From: an uncultured Opitutus sp.
Lineage (GTDB): Bacteria; Verrucomicrobiota; Verrucomicrobiia; Opitutales; Opitutaceae
Direction: 5' to 3'
Assembly (NCBI GenBank): GCA_964504885.1
Contig: CAZDGC010000020.1
Coordinates: 3,552-67,551 of the forward strand
Length of the DNA stretch: 64,000 bases
The position numbers and the translations under genes were made by a program. The notes beneath the pieces are model-generated. The model saw nothing but the letters and a program-made list of their open reading frames with translations. It was not told the origin of the DNA and did not search any database. The stretch's first letter is position 1. Each line of letters begins with the position of its first letter. This document shows positions 9,354 to 17,908 of this stretch, piece after piece.

Positions 9354-10166
9354 GTGAGCCCCGAACAGCAGGATCTCTTTGGTTTTTTTGCGCCGCAGGC
9401 CGGCGTGCACCGCGCCCCACCCGCCCCGGCGGCGCCGGCACGCCCGGGGTCGACCGGGGCGATCGCGCCGGTGCCTGCGGCCGCGACCGTGGCGGCGCCA
9501 GGGGAGGCGATTGTCTTTGAACGCAGCCACCGTGCGCAACACTACCGGCTGACACTGCGGCGCGACGGCACGGCGGTGGCGACGATTCCGGCCCGGGGCA
9601 CGGAGCGGGAGGCGTGGCGGTTTGTGGAAACGCACCGGGCGTGGCTGGAGCGCGCGCGGGAGCGCCAGCGGCGGCGACCCCGCGCGGCGGAGGTCTGGAC
9701 CCTCGGCACCCACGTGCTCTGGCGCGGGGAGCTGACGGAGGTGCGCCCCGCCGCCGCGGGCGAACGTCCGCAGGTCTGCCTCGCGGCCGATGTGTTTCGC
9801 GTGTCGCGGCTCGACGGCGATCTGCGGCCGACCCTCGAGGCGCATTTCGCGCGGCGGGCCCGGATCGAGCTGCCGGCCCGCACTTGGGAACTGGCAGCCG
9901 TGACGGGCATGGAGGTGAAGGAGGTCACGGTGCGCAACCAGCGCTCGCGCTGGGGGTCGTGCTCGGCCCAGGGCACGATTTCGCTCAACTGGCGCCTGAT
10001 CCAGACGCCGGATTTCGTGCGCGACTACATCATTTACCACGAGTTGATGCACCTGCGGGAGATGAACCACTCGGATCGCTTCTGGGCGCGGGTGGAGGAG
10101 GTCTGCCCGGGCTGGCGCGACGCCGAGCGCTGGATCAAGCGCAACGGCGCCCTGGTGGGGCTGTAG
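9354..10166 (+). CDS. YgjP/DUF45 (M48/SprT-like) zinc metallohydrolase
   Basis: QRSRWGSCS, YIIYHELMHLREMNHS..FW. Confidence 0.9.
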   Translation: MSPEQQDLFGFFAPQAGVHRAPPAPAAPARPGSTGAIAPVPAAATVAAPGEAIVFERSHRAQHYRLTLRRDGTAVATIPARGTEREAWRFVETHRAWLERARERQRRRPRAAEVWTLGTHVLWRGELTEVRPAAAGERPQVCLAADVFRVSRLDGDLRPTLEAHFARRARIELPARTWELAAVTGMEVKEVTVRNQRSRWGSCSAQGTISLNWRLIQTPDFVRDYIIYHELMHLREMNHSDRFWARVEEVCPGWRDAERWIKRNGALVGL

Positions 10167-10352
10167 GCGCGGCAGACGCGGCGGGGATCGCACCCTCGCC
10201 GAGGGGCGCAAGTCGTGGCGTTGCCGCGAAGCGGAGGCGTGCGAACCGGCAGGCTGGTCATTCTGCTCGCCGCGACCCGGGGATGGCCGACGAGGTCATG
10301 GCGCGGAGGCAGTGTCGGGTGGTTCATTCGAGCGGTCCCTGAAGCGACGCGC

Positions 10353-13300
10353 TCAGTAGGTGCCCTTGATCCCGACAGTCCAGACGGCGCCGAAGCGGTG
10401 GTAGGACTTGAGCCGGCCGGGTTCGTTGGAGTAACGCACCAGCGGTGCGTCCAGGAGATTGGCGCCGCTCACCGTCAGCTCCAGGCGCGACGTCAGCCGG
10501 TAGGTCGCCGTCAGGTCGAACATGACCCGCTCCTTCGTCCACAGATGCTCGTTGTTGGCGTTGAGTTGGTAGTGGATGGCGGAATTCCAGGTGCTGCGCA
10601 GTTGGAGGTTAAGCCCGCCGAGCTTGAAACCGACGCCGCCTTTCGCGGCTTTCGGCACATACCACCAGCCGGGCCCGTCGGTCGTCACCCGGCTGACCGA
10701 GCCGAAGACGCTCAACCCCCGGAGCACGCCGGGCAGGAACACCAGTTGCTGCGTGTAGCTCACGTCCACGCCGCGGTTGCGAACGCTCGCCGTGCCGTTG
10801 CGGAACGTGCTGAAGTCGTAGCTGGCATATTCGGGAAAGTCCTCATAGCCGGCTTCGGCGGCCGAGACGATGCTCCGCCGCTCCAGCATCCGGTCGATAT
10901 CGAGTACGTAGGCCGTCACGTCCAGGGAGCCGGCGGGCTCGAAATAGTACTGGAGGCCCGCCAGGTACTTGACCGAGGTCTCCGGACGCAGGGCGGGATT
11001 GGGCACGGTGACGATGCGGTTGACGTCGTCGATCGAGGCCGCGCCCGACATGTTGTTGTAGTTGGGCCGCATGATCGACTCGCAGAAGCCGAACTGCGCC
11101 GTGAGCCGGCGACTGAAGTCGTACTTGGCCCCGCCGCTGACAAACAGGTTGTCGTAACGCCCTTCGCGCCACGACGCGACGCCATCGCGATAACGGTAGC
11201 GCTCGTAGTCGATCGTGTTGGGAGTGTACCCCGCGGCGGCGGCCGCGGCCGCGGTGCGCAGGTCATAGACACTCGCGCCGGAGGTGGTTTGCTCGTAACG
11301 CAGCCCGCCCAGCAGCCGCAGGGCCCGCCAGCGCGTATCGCCCTCCAGGTACGCGGCGTCGATCCGCTCCTCGATGCGATTGCGGCTCGTGAGGTTGAGA
11401 TTGCGGTAGTTCGTGACGGTGTTGGGGGAAAAATACCCCGGGTTCGTCAGAAACAGATCGTACATCGCCTTGCGGTCGGGATAGAGCCAGCCTTGGGCGC
11501 CGATGTTGCCCAGCCCGGGATCGAAACCGCCCACGGCGTCGGCGATGAGGGCCGAGCTGGGCGCACGCTGGTTGTTGGCCGGCCCGACGTACGTCCATTG
11601 CTGACCGCGGCCGGCGACCTCGAATTCGCTGCTCCGGGTCTTGAGCCCGACCTTGAGCGTGACCGGCACGGCCAGGGCGAGCGTGGCCCGGGCGTCGACG
11701 TAACCGATGAGTTGTTTGGTGGCCGCGGTCTTGTCGCCGCTGGTGCTGATGTTGTTGGCGTAGGTGTCGGCGAGGTTGAAGTTCGCGAGATCGGACCAGG
11801 GCAGGCCGGCGCGCTGGGAGACGGTCCAGTCGGGGGAGTTGTTGTCCGGGCGGGTCGCGCTCCAACTCATGCGGGTGAGCCGGGCGTGCGCGTTGCTGAA
11901 GCGCCCGTTGGCGGCACTGCGGATGTCGACGTTGCTGTCGGTCAGGCTGCCGCCCAGCGTGACCGCGTAGTGATCGCGTTTGTATTCGAGGCGCGGGCCG
12001 AGCGTCAGGCTGTCGGAGATGCGCTCGCGATACGCGCCGCCGGTGCTCAGCCGCGTGGTATTGTTGGCGGTGGCGTTGGCGACGAGTGAGGTGTCGGTCG
12101 AGGTCGGCGCGATGGTGGCGAGGGACGCATTGAGCGAGAAGGTCCGGCCTGTGACCTCGCTCTCCTGCCGGCTGTAGGAACTGCGCCAGGAGAGGACCAG
12201 ATTGCTGCCCAGCTTCGCGTCGGCGTTCAGGCTGGCGCTCGCGCGGTCCTGGAATCCGGGCGTCATGCCCCAGGCCAGCGAAGTGATCACGGCGCCCCGC
12301 GCCGGGGTGCCGTAGTCATAGGTGTGCGTGAGCGAACGCGCCTCCGTGTAGGACGCCGAACGACTGAGGCTCACCTGCACGCCGAGGCGGTTGCCGAGGA
12401 AGACGTCCGCATAGTCCAGCATCGCATTGGGCGTGATGCGGCGGTGGCTGGTCTGAGCGGGATCCCGGACGCGGCCGGTGCTGAGGTCGGCGGAGTTGCC
12501 GGAGAGGGCGAAACGGTAGGTGAACAGGCGGCCCTTGCGTTCAAAGGCGTTCTTGCTGCGGAGATTCACGGCGCCGGCGGGGGCATCGGCGTCCATCGAA
12601 GGCGTGAGCGTCTTGTTGACCTCGATGGACTCGATCGCACTCACCGGGATGGTGGCCGATTGGGAGAATTCGAACTGGCGGGAGTTCTGGTTGAACTCGC
12701 CCGAGCCGACGTTCGAGAGCCGGTTGCCGTCCAGGGAGACCGAGGCGTATTTCGGATCGAGCCCGCCAATCCGGATCGCATTGCCGTCGCTGCCGTTGTC
12801 GAGGTAGTCGAGCTCGACCCCCGGAATGTACTTCATGAATTCCGCGAGGTTGTCCTTGCTGAGATCGCCGAAGTTGTCGGCGGCCAGGACGCTCTTGGCG
12901 TTGATCGCGGCGCGTTGATCCATGATCGCCTTGGCGTTGCCCGCGCGTTCCCCGGAGACGACGTATTCGCCGAGCCGGACGATCGCGTCCTCCTTGTACT
13001 GCGCGGCCGCCTCAAGGTTGAAATCCTGCACGATCCGCTGGCCGGCCGCGAGCGTCAGCGTCGCCGTGCCGGTCTGGTAGCCGGTGTAGCTGACGACCAC
13101 CGTGACCTCCCCCGCCGGCACGCGGGTGAGCAGGAACGAGCCATCGTCGCCGGTGAAAACCATCGCCTCCTGGCCGGCGAGCCGCACCTCCGCATTGCGG
13201 ACGAATTCGCCGCGGGCCGGAACAAACACCCGCCCCGTGACCGTGCCGGTGGCGGCGGTGGCCTCGGCCGGATACGCCGGTGTGAGGGCGAGGGCGATCC

Positions 13301-13748
13301 AGGCGCCCAGCATCGCCAGGGGGGTCCGCTTCGCGGACCGGGGCGCCGGCCGCGTTTCGCGGACGGGTTCGGTGGCGCGGGGCGCCGTGCCGGCTGCCTC
13401 GCGCGAAACCGCCGCGGGCCGGGCCCGTTTGACCAGCAGCGCCCCGGTCGCGGCATCCTCCACGACCTCGAGGGCGGTTCCCGTCACCATCCGGTCGAGC
13501 ACCTGCCGCGCGGTGAACTCTCCCCGGACAGCGTTCGTGGTGACGTCGCGCACCGCATCGACCAGGTAGATCACCTGCCGGCCGGACTCGTCCGCAAAGC
13601 GCCTGAGCGTCTCCGCGGCCTCGCCGCCGGGAAAGTCAAACCACTGGCGGGGCGAACCGGCGGCGGCGGCCAGCGCCGTGGCGGAGCCGAGGATCGAACA
13701 GGTGGCCACGGCAAGCGCCGGACCGGAGGAAGCGGGGGAGGAAATCAT
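10353..13748 (-). CDS. TonB-dependent receptor with N-terminal signalling (STN) and carboxypeptidase-regulatory-like domains
   Basis: FDFPGGEAAETLRRFADESG (STN), GTVTGRV, plug IESIEVNKTLTPSMDADAPAGAVNL, C-terminal GIKGTY. Start moved from 13811 to 13748 because the upstream stretch is a promoter module shared with 19505-19581. Confidence 0.92.
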   Translation of the reverse strand: MISSPASSGPALAVATCSILGSATALAAAAGSPRQWFDFPGGEAAETLRRFADESGRQVIYLVDAVRDVTTNAVRGEFTARQVLDRMVTGTALEVVEDAATGALLVKRARPAAVSREAAGTAPRATEPVRETRPAPRSAKRTPLAMLGAWIALALTPAYPAEATAATGTVTGRVFVPARGEFVRNAEVRLAGQEAMVFTGDDGSFLLTRVPAGEVTVVVSYTGYQTGTATLTLAAGQRIVQDFNLEAAAQYKEDAIVRLGEYVVSGERAGNAKAIMDQRAAINAKSVLAADNFGDLSKDNLAEFMKYIPGVELDYLDNGSDGNAIRIGGLDPKYASVSLDGNRLSNVGSGEFNQNSRQFEFSQSATIPVSAIESIEVNKTLTPSMDADAPAGAVNLRSKNAFERKGRLFTYRFALSGNSADLSTGRVRDPAQTSHRRITPNAMLDYADVFLGNRLGVQVSLSRSASYTEARSLTHTYDYGTPARGAVITSLAWGMTPGFQDRASASLNADAKLGSNLVLSWRSSYSRQESEVTGRTFSLNASLATIAPTSTDTSLVANATANNTTRLSTGGAYRERISDSLTLGPRLEYKRDHYAVTLGGSLTDSNVDIRSAANGRFSNAHARLTRMSWSATRPDNNSPDWTVSQRAGLPWSDLANFNLADTYANNISTSGDKTAATKQLIGYVDARATLALAVPVTLKVGLKTRSSEFEVAGRGQQWTYVGPANNQRAPSSALIADAVGGFDPGLGNIGAQGWLYPDRKAMYDLFLTNPGYFSPNTVTNYRNLNLTSRNRIEERIDAAYLEGDTRWRALRLLGGLRYEQTTSGASVYDLRTAAAAAAAGYTPNTIDYERYRYRDGVASWREGRYDNLFVSGGAKYDFSRRLTAQFGFCESIMRPNYNNMSGAASIDDVNRIVTVPNPALRPETSVKYLAGLQYYFEPAGSLDVTAYVLDIDRMLERRSIVSAAEAGYEDFPEYASYDFSTFRNGTASVRNRGVDVSYTQQLVFLPGVLRGLSVFGSVSRVTTDGPGWWYVPKAAKGGVGFKLGGLNLQLRSTWNSAIHYQLNANNEHLWTKERVMFDLTATYRLTSRLELTVSGANLLDAPLVRYSNEPGRLKSYHRFGAVWTVGIKGTY

Positions 13749-13822
13749 CAGGAGCAGGGGGAGTGCCCCTGAGACGCAACGGCGGACGAAACGGGTTATC
13801 GTCGCGCGCATGATTTCTTGCC
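13746..13822 (-). promoter_or_regulatory. Putative ECF-sigma promoter/leader module, copy 1 (ATAACCC-N15-GCGTCT)
   Basis: Aligns without gaps (60/77 nt by hand count) to 19505-19581. Both copies end in TCCTG-ATG. Confidence 0.75.
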
Positions 13823-13838
13823 CGTCGTGCGGGCCGGT

Positions 13839-14936
13839 TCAGGGCGCCGCGCGCAACACCACGGTCCGCTCATCCCGCCGCTCCACCGCAATGGTCCCGC
13901 TATTTTCGAGCAGGCGGAGAAAACCCTCGACGTTGTCCGCCGCAAAGGTGCCGCCGACCGGGCGCGCCGCGAGTATCGGGTCCTCCACTACGATCTGCAG
14001 CCGGTTGCGCCGGTTGAACTGCGCGGCGACGGCGCGCAGCGGTGTCTCCGCAAACACCAGCTTCCGTTCCTGCCAGGCCATCGCCACGCGCATCGCTTCC
14101 GGGGTGACCGTCTCGATGCCGGACGGTGCGGCGGCCTCCGGCAGGCGTTTCGCCGCGAGGGTCGGAACCACCAGCCGTTCATGGGCGCCGAGAATCGCCG
14201 CGGGCGGTGACGGGTGCCGATCCGAACGCGCCGGGTCTGGTTCGGCCGCTCCCGGGAGCACGCCGGGGCCCGTCTGCCCCACCCTGCCGACGGCCACCCT
14301 GCCCTCGGTCACGAGCACCTCCACCGCCTCCGGCGCGAGCCGCACGTTGAACGCCGTGCCGACCGCCCGCACCGCCACACCGCCCGCCTCAACGACAAAC
14401 GGTCGCGCCGCATCCGGCACCACGCTGAAATGCGCTTCGCCGGCCAGCAGCGCCACGCGGCGCTCCTGCGCCGAAAACCGCACCTGCGCTTCGCTGCTCG
14501 CGTTGAGCTCCAGCGTGGAGCCGTCGGCGAGCAGCACACGCTCGTAGCCGCCCGCGGATGTCGCATGGCGGGCGGGATTCGATCCCACCCGCGGCCACTG
14601 CCACGCCGCGAGCGCCGCCACGGCCAGGACGGCGGCCACGGCAGCGGCGATCTGCACCCGCGACTGGCGCCGCGTCGCGCCGGGCGCCCTGGCCGGCGCA
14701 CGGCCGGTGACGGGAAACTCCACCACGGGCTGCAACTCCGCCCGCACCTGTGGCATTTTCCGCAGCAGCGCGCACGCCTGTTCGAGTCGCGCCACTGCCG
14801 CGGCGTGTCGCGGATCCTGCCGGCACCACTCTTCGAACTCGCGGGCCCGGGCCGACGAAAGCCCTTCCTCGCGCTCCGCCAGCCAGTTGGCCGCGACGTC
14901 CTCGATCGTGTCGGCGTCCTCGCGTTCCGTGCTCAT
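13839..14936 (-). CDS. FecR-family anti-sigma factor
   Basis: AANWLA..FEEW..DPRH, a TM segment, LADGSTLELN, GEAHFSV, AVGTAFNV, LVFAETPL. Overlaps the sigma stop by 4 nt. Confidence 0.93.
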   Translation of the reverse strand: MSTEREDADTIEDVAANWLAEREEGLSSARAREFEEWCRQDPRHAAAVARLEQACALLRKMPQVRAELQPVVEFPVTGRAPARAPGATRRQSRVQIAAAVAAVLAVAALAAWQWPRVGSNPARHATSAGGYERVLLADGSTLELNASSEAQVRFSAQERRVALLAGEAHFSVVPDAARPFVVEAGGVAVRAVGTAFNVRLAPEAVEVLVTEGRVAVGRVGQTGPGVLPGAAEPDPARSDRHPSPPAAILGAHERLVVPTLAAKRLPEAAAPSGIETVTPEAMRVAMAWQERKLVFAETPLRAVAAQFNRRNRLQIVVEDPILAARPVGGTFAADNVEGFLRLLENSGTIAVERRDERTVVLRAAP

Positions 14937-15514
14937 GCCGTGCCCTCCCTCCTCACGGGCAGGGGAGCCTCCATCAGCCCCCGTTCCGCAAAGAATGCCG
15001 CGCATCGCCGCATGCCCTTGGCCATGTGCACCTTCACTGTCTCCGGCGAAATGCCGAGCTGGGCGGCGATCTCCTTGTACGACAGATCGTCGAGATAGCG
15101 GAGCATCATCACCTGGCGGCAGCGCTCGGGCAGCGCCCGCACCGCCTCGGCCAGCACTTCGAGCTCGTAACGCTGATCGACCTGATCCGCCGTCCCCGGC
15201 TGTTCCTCGAGGATGGACAACTCCCACGGATCGGTCGCCGTTGCCATCGGCAGCACCCGCCGCCGCCGGAACAGATCGAGCGCGGCGTTGCGCGCCGTGG
15301 TGAACAGCAACGCCCGCGCATGCCGCACCTGCCCCGCCGCCCGAGCCTTCAGCAGACGGGCATAACTTTCCTGCACGATGTCGTCGTAATCGCCGAGCGA
15401 GGGAAACCGGGCCTGCAAGTACGCGCGCAACACCGGCTCGTGCGGTTGCACCTCCTCGGCAAACCAACGCGACTCCCCGGTGCTGGTGGAACGGACCTGG
15501 TCAGACGGGAGCAT
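14933..15514 (-). CDS. ECF RNA polymerase sigma factor (FecI-like)
   Basis: DIVQESY, ARNAALDLFRR, LPERCR, SYKEIAAQLGISPETVK. Confidence 0.93.
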   Translation of the reverse strand: MLPSDQVRSTSTGESRWFAEEVQPHEPVLRAYLQARFPSLGDYDDIVQESYARLLKARAAGQVRHARALLFTTARNAALDLFRRRRVLPMATATDPWELSILEEQPGTADQVDQRYELEVLAEAVRALPERCRQVMMLRYLDDLSYKEIAAQLGISPETVKVHMAKGMRRCAAFFAERGLMEAPLPVRREGTA

Positions 15515-15610
15515 GGCGATGCGGCGACGCGGATTGCATCGATCTCCCCCTGGGGCAAGTCGAGGGGATTCTCGGGAAACCGACCCGCCAAGGGCTATTT
15601 TCGTTTTCGG

Positions 15611-15638
15611 ATAACCCGGAATCGCTCCGGCTGCGTCT
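15611..15638 (+). promoter_or_regulatory. Third ATAACCC-N15-GCGTCT motif, opposite orientation, no downstream gene
   Basis: ATAACCC GGAATCGCTCCGGCT GCGTCT, with the same boxes and spacing as the other two copies. Confidence 0.55.
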
Positions 15639-15674
15639 GCTTGATCTCGAGGTGGCCAAGCGAAGGGCGAGTGT

Positions 15675-16300
15675 TCATTCCGGCTCGCCTGGACGCGCGG
15701 ACGGCCCGGTTTCCGGAAAGAAGTCCGCTTCGAGCAATCGGAACGACCGGTTTCCGTGCCGCTGGGCCGTGAGACAAATTTCCCCGGGACGCCGCTCGAA
15801 GGCGACCGGGTAGGAAACGAGGTTTTCCCCGCGCAGGATCACCACCGGCTTCGACCAAGTGCTTCCGTCGTGCCGGCCTGCCAGCTACGGCCCTCGTCGC
15901 GCGAGATCACCGTGGTCACAAGGTTGCGATTGCGATTCCCCACCCGCAGTTGGAGCGGCACCACGATCGATCCGTCCGACGCCTGGGTCAGTTGGATCAG
16001 GCTGCGACAATAGGGCGACACGTGATGGAACAGAGCCGAGACCTCCTGGCGATCGATCCAAGTCTTTCCCCCGTCGACGCTGCGAATCGCCCAGACATCG
16101 GCCCGCTGTTCGGGCAACGGCTCTCCGGTGTCCCGATCCCAACTGAGTTTTCGACTCGTCGGGTCACTGTAGATGAGGACCAATGTGCCGCGCCCGGTCC
16201 GGATCATCGGATCCGCCCGCGGCACGCCTTCGTCGCCGGCAGCAGCGACCATCGGCACGAGTTTCCTCAAGGTTTCGCCATCGTCCCGGGTAACCTGGAA
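15675..16300 (-). pseudogene. Exo-alpha-sialidase/BNR-repeat pseudogene (N-truncated, internal deletion with frameshift)
   Basis: Asp-boxes TRDDGETL, SVDGGKTW and SRDEGRSW lie in one frame. Near 15870 a different frame continues DGSTWSKPVVILRGENLVSYPVAFERRPGEICLT...LLEADFF to a stop at 15675. Confidence 0.75.
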
Positions 16301-17805
16301 AAGCCAGCCAGGCTGTAGAGCCGGCTGCTGACCAATTCGACCAACACCCGTAAAGGACGGTCGGAAGGAATCGCCCGCCCCGACTTCCAACGCGCCTCCG
16401 CCCTGGTTGCGTCTTTCTGCAGTGTCTCGAATTCCTCGAATCCAAAGCCGGGCACAGTGCCCCCGGTGGCTTCCCGCAACGCCACTCGTATCTGACCGCG
16501 ACTGGCATCCGCGTTGAGCAGCAACGTCCCGCCGCCAATCAGCAGCGGCCGGGTTTCAAGCCGCCCGCCGGAAGGTCCGGCATCGAGGGAGGCGAATCCG
16601 TGCAGACGCCAGGTAGCCCGGCCGATTGTCAGGCGCTTCGGCGGTATCGCGCCGCCGTGCCCGGTATTGAGCGCGGTATAAAGCATCCACGTCTCATCCG
16701 CCATGTGCGCCGCCGTGCTTGTCAGGCCCAGGATCGCTCCGCCATCGAATGTCCCCGGCGCACCGCGGGGAATCACGTTCCCCCGCGGATGGGTCCGCGC
16801 CCAGTTCTCGCCGTCGGCGCTCGTGACCATCTGCACATCAATCGGACCGTCGTCCCGGCTCTGTCCGAGGGACACCTTGGTCCCCGACGGCACCCGGTGC
16901 ATAATTCGGAAGAGAGTCGGGAATCCGATATATCCGGTGGCATGGGGCACCACGCTCATGTTGTAGACCTCGGTGCGTTGCGTCTCCGTCCACACCCAGC
17001 GGTTGTCCTCCTCGTCAGCGTGAAACACCAACTTGGGCTCGCTCCAGTCCAGGAAATCCCGGCTCCGCGTCAGCCAGACGACCCGACCCGGCACCTCCTC
17101 CGAACGCTTCTTGAAGAACGCGAGGAATTCTCCGGTCCGCGGATTCTGGGTCAGCGACAGGGTGTCGCTGCCTTGGAAGAGCGGCTCCTTGCTCAGCTCC
17201 TGCCAGTTAATCCCATCCGCCGAACCAACCCCGAAGTAGCTGGACTTGGCATAACCCAGCATTTTCAACCGCTTCGCGGGATCACGCTCGAATCGATCCT
17301 CCACGACGGCTGGCGAATGAAAATCCGTCACGATGTTGTTCTCCTTTGAGCCGCGGTACTCGTGGAGCCCAAGCGCGGGCTTGTCCCAATGGAGGCCATC
17401 GGACGAGGTCGCATACAGGACCAGATCCCGGCCGCCCTGCCGCAACTGCGGCGCCGGAGGTTCGCCAGGCTCCTGGGAACGCGACATGTACCACAACTGG
17501 TAAATGCCCGTCACTGGATCCCGGTGGACCGAGCCGTAGGTGTAGACCCGCACGCCTTCCCATGGGCGATCCGGCTCAAGCACCGGAGCCGGGCGGGTCC
17601 GCGCCGGATGAATCGTGCGCACCACACCGTGCCGCGCCGCGATCGCGCTGTCATCGACGAAGAGCAACGGTGCGTGTTCCAGCCGGATGGCCTCCGCCCC
17701 GCCCGGCGCATCCCGCGCCAGCACCGCGACCGCCAGGCTGCCGAAAATAGCAGCCCCCCGGCAGACACGCGTCAGCCGGGAAGCCAGTTCATTGTTCTCG
17801 GGCAT
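16267..17805 (-). CDS. Secreted five-bladed beta-propeller glycoside hydrolase-like protein (GH32/GH43 clan-like)
   Basis: Signal-like N-terminus, LFVDD, PWEG..YGSV, YATSSDGLHWDKP, RLHGFASLDAG, LLLNADA. Start could be 17823. Confidence 0.75.
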   Translation of the reverse strand: MPENNELASRLTRVCRGAAIFGSLAVAVLARDAPGGAEAIRLEHAPLLFVDDSAIAARHGVVRTIHPARTRPAPVLEPDRPWEGVRVYTYGSVHRDPVTGIYQLWYMSRSQEPGEPPAPQLRQGGRDLVLYATSSDGLHWDKPALGLHEYRGSKENNIVTDFHSPAVVEDRFERDPAKRLKMLGYAKSSYFGVGSADGINWQELSKEPLFQGSDTLSLTQNPRTGEFLAFFKKRSEEVPGRVVWLTRSRDFLDWSEPKLVFHADEEDNRWVWTETQRTEVYNMSVVPHATGYIGFPTLFRIMHRVPSGTKVSLGQSRDDGPIDVQMVTSADGENWARTHPRGNVIPRGAPGTFDGGAILGLTSTAAHMADETWMLYTALNTGHGGAIPPKRLTIGRATWRLHGFASLDAGPSGGRLETRPLLIGGGTLLLNADASRGQIRVALREATGGTVPGFGFEEFETLQKDATRAEARWKSGRAIPSDRPLRVLVELVSSRLYSLAGFSRLPGTMAKP

Positions 17806-17832
17806 TGCATCCCTGTTCAGCATGTTCCCTTG

Positions 17833-17899
17833 AACGCCACCGGTGCCCGCGCGGTGCAAGCCGACCTTTTCCGGATTCCGGACATGACCCCTTCGGCTC
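17833..17899 (+). repeat. Partial copy of IR element family B (core plus right arm)
   Basis: AACGCCACCGGTGCCCGC..AAGCCGACCTTTTCCGGATTCCGGACATGACCCCTTCGGCTC matches 20277-20343. Confidence 0.85.
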
Positions 17900-17908
17900 G
17901 GGCCCCGC

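Noticed and set aside
13749..13811. N-terminal extension MRATITRFVRRCVSG of the TonB receptor
   Set aside because: It coincides with the conserved promoter module, whose second copy is non-coding, so ATG 13748 is preferred.
17251..17280. ATAACCC match inside the glycosidase gene
   Set aside because: No GCGTCT at N15 spacing, so a chance match.
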